Source: Blepharisma stoltei ATCC 30299
Lineage: Eukaryota > Protista > Ciliophora
DNA length: 64,000 nt
Direction: 5' to 3'
Assembly: GCA_965603825.1 (NCBI GenBank)
Contig: CBFDEM010000045.1
Span: forward strand, 62,001 to 126,000
Shown: piece after piece, positions 63,853-64,000 of the stretch
Numbering within the stretch: the stretch's first letter is position 1
Layout of the letters: the number at the start of each line of letters is the position of its first letter
Translations under genes and position numbers: made by a program
The notes under the pieces: generated by a model
Told to the model about the DNA's origin: nothing
Seen by the model: the letters and a program-made list of their open reading frames with translations, nothing else
The model's database searches: none

Positions 63853-64000
63853 ATGAGCGATCTTCTTACCATGAGAGAGACTCTTGAAAACAGTAAATTT
63901 TATACTACTGAGTGGCAATTACAAATGCTGGCTTCTGCCTCTATTTGGTTTATTGACTCTTGGTCTGTTTCCTTTATCCGCCAAAAACCTCCTCATGTCA
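63853..64000 (+). CDS. 5' end of a gene running off the window, possibly an MFS transporter
   Basis: ATG after an AT-rich leader, open to the window end (MSDLLTMRETLENSKFYTTEWQLQMLASASIWFIDSWSVSF...). Weak resemblance to the first helix of SVOP-type MFS proteins. Confidence 0.4.
   Translation, partial: MSDLLTMRETLENSKFYTTEWQLQMLASASIWFIDSWSVSFIRQKPPHV

Noticed and set aside
1-64000. Mass pseudogenisation or a Mycoplasma/mitochondrial origin as the cause of ORF fragmentation
   Set aside because: Breaks are in-frame TGA at Trp positions, and the content (LINE, HDAC-ankyrin, Rab, Kelch/TPR) is nuclear eukaryotic.
1-64000. TAA/TAG=Gln or a fully ambiguous stop code
   Set aside because: No in-frame TAA/TAG was found in the intact genes checked. 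They occur only at gene ends or in relics that also have frameshifts.
1-64000. Telomeric (CCCTAACA)n repeats, tRNA or rRNA genes
   Set aside because: None seen by eye, only isolated partial matches. tRNAscan/Infernal would be needed to exclude small RNAs.

Overview
AT-rich eukaryotic nuclear DNA in which TGA encodes Trp and only TAA/TAG terminate. This matches a heterotrich ciliate, most likely a Blepharisma somatic genome (inference). Reading TGA as Trp joins the fragmented ORF track into long genes that need no introns. Bases 1-45,000 hold a tandem array of eight paralogous ~1,150-1,260 aa membrane receptor genes (R1-R8). Each has a signal peptide, two tandem Venus-flytrap (ANF-receptor-like) domains, a ~9-TM module and a short tail. 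Five copies are complete and intact, and one runs off the window edge. The other two (R2, R3) share a ~250-bp frameshifting deletion that splits them into a secreted flytrap ORF and a membrane ORF. The array also contains three decayed receptor fragments, a 3.5-kb non-LTR retrotransposon with a 12-bp TSD and (TAGA)n tail, a related ORF1-only insert, a captured UPF1/DNA2-like helicase fragment and a Zn-finger/Kelch/TPR gene. Bases 46-52.6 kb carry single-copy genes: two YbjN-like, one FAIM-like, an ankyrin-HDAC and an atypical secreted Fe/Mn-SOD. Bases 53-62 kb form a rearranged patch around a 905-aa HExxH protein, with five broken copies, a Rab6 fragment and a Merlin/IS1595-like transposase fragment. 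The window ends with a TM-dCache-TM-HAMP sensor that has no output domain. All family calls come from manual translation and motif recognition; no searches were run.
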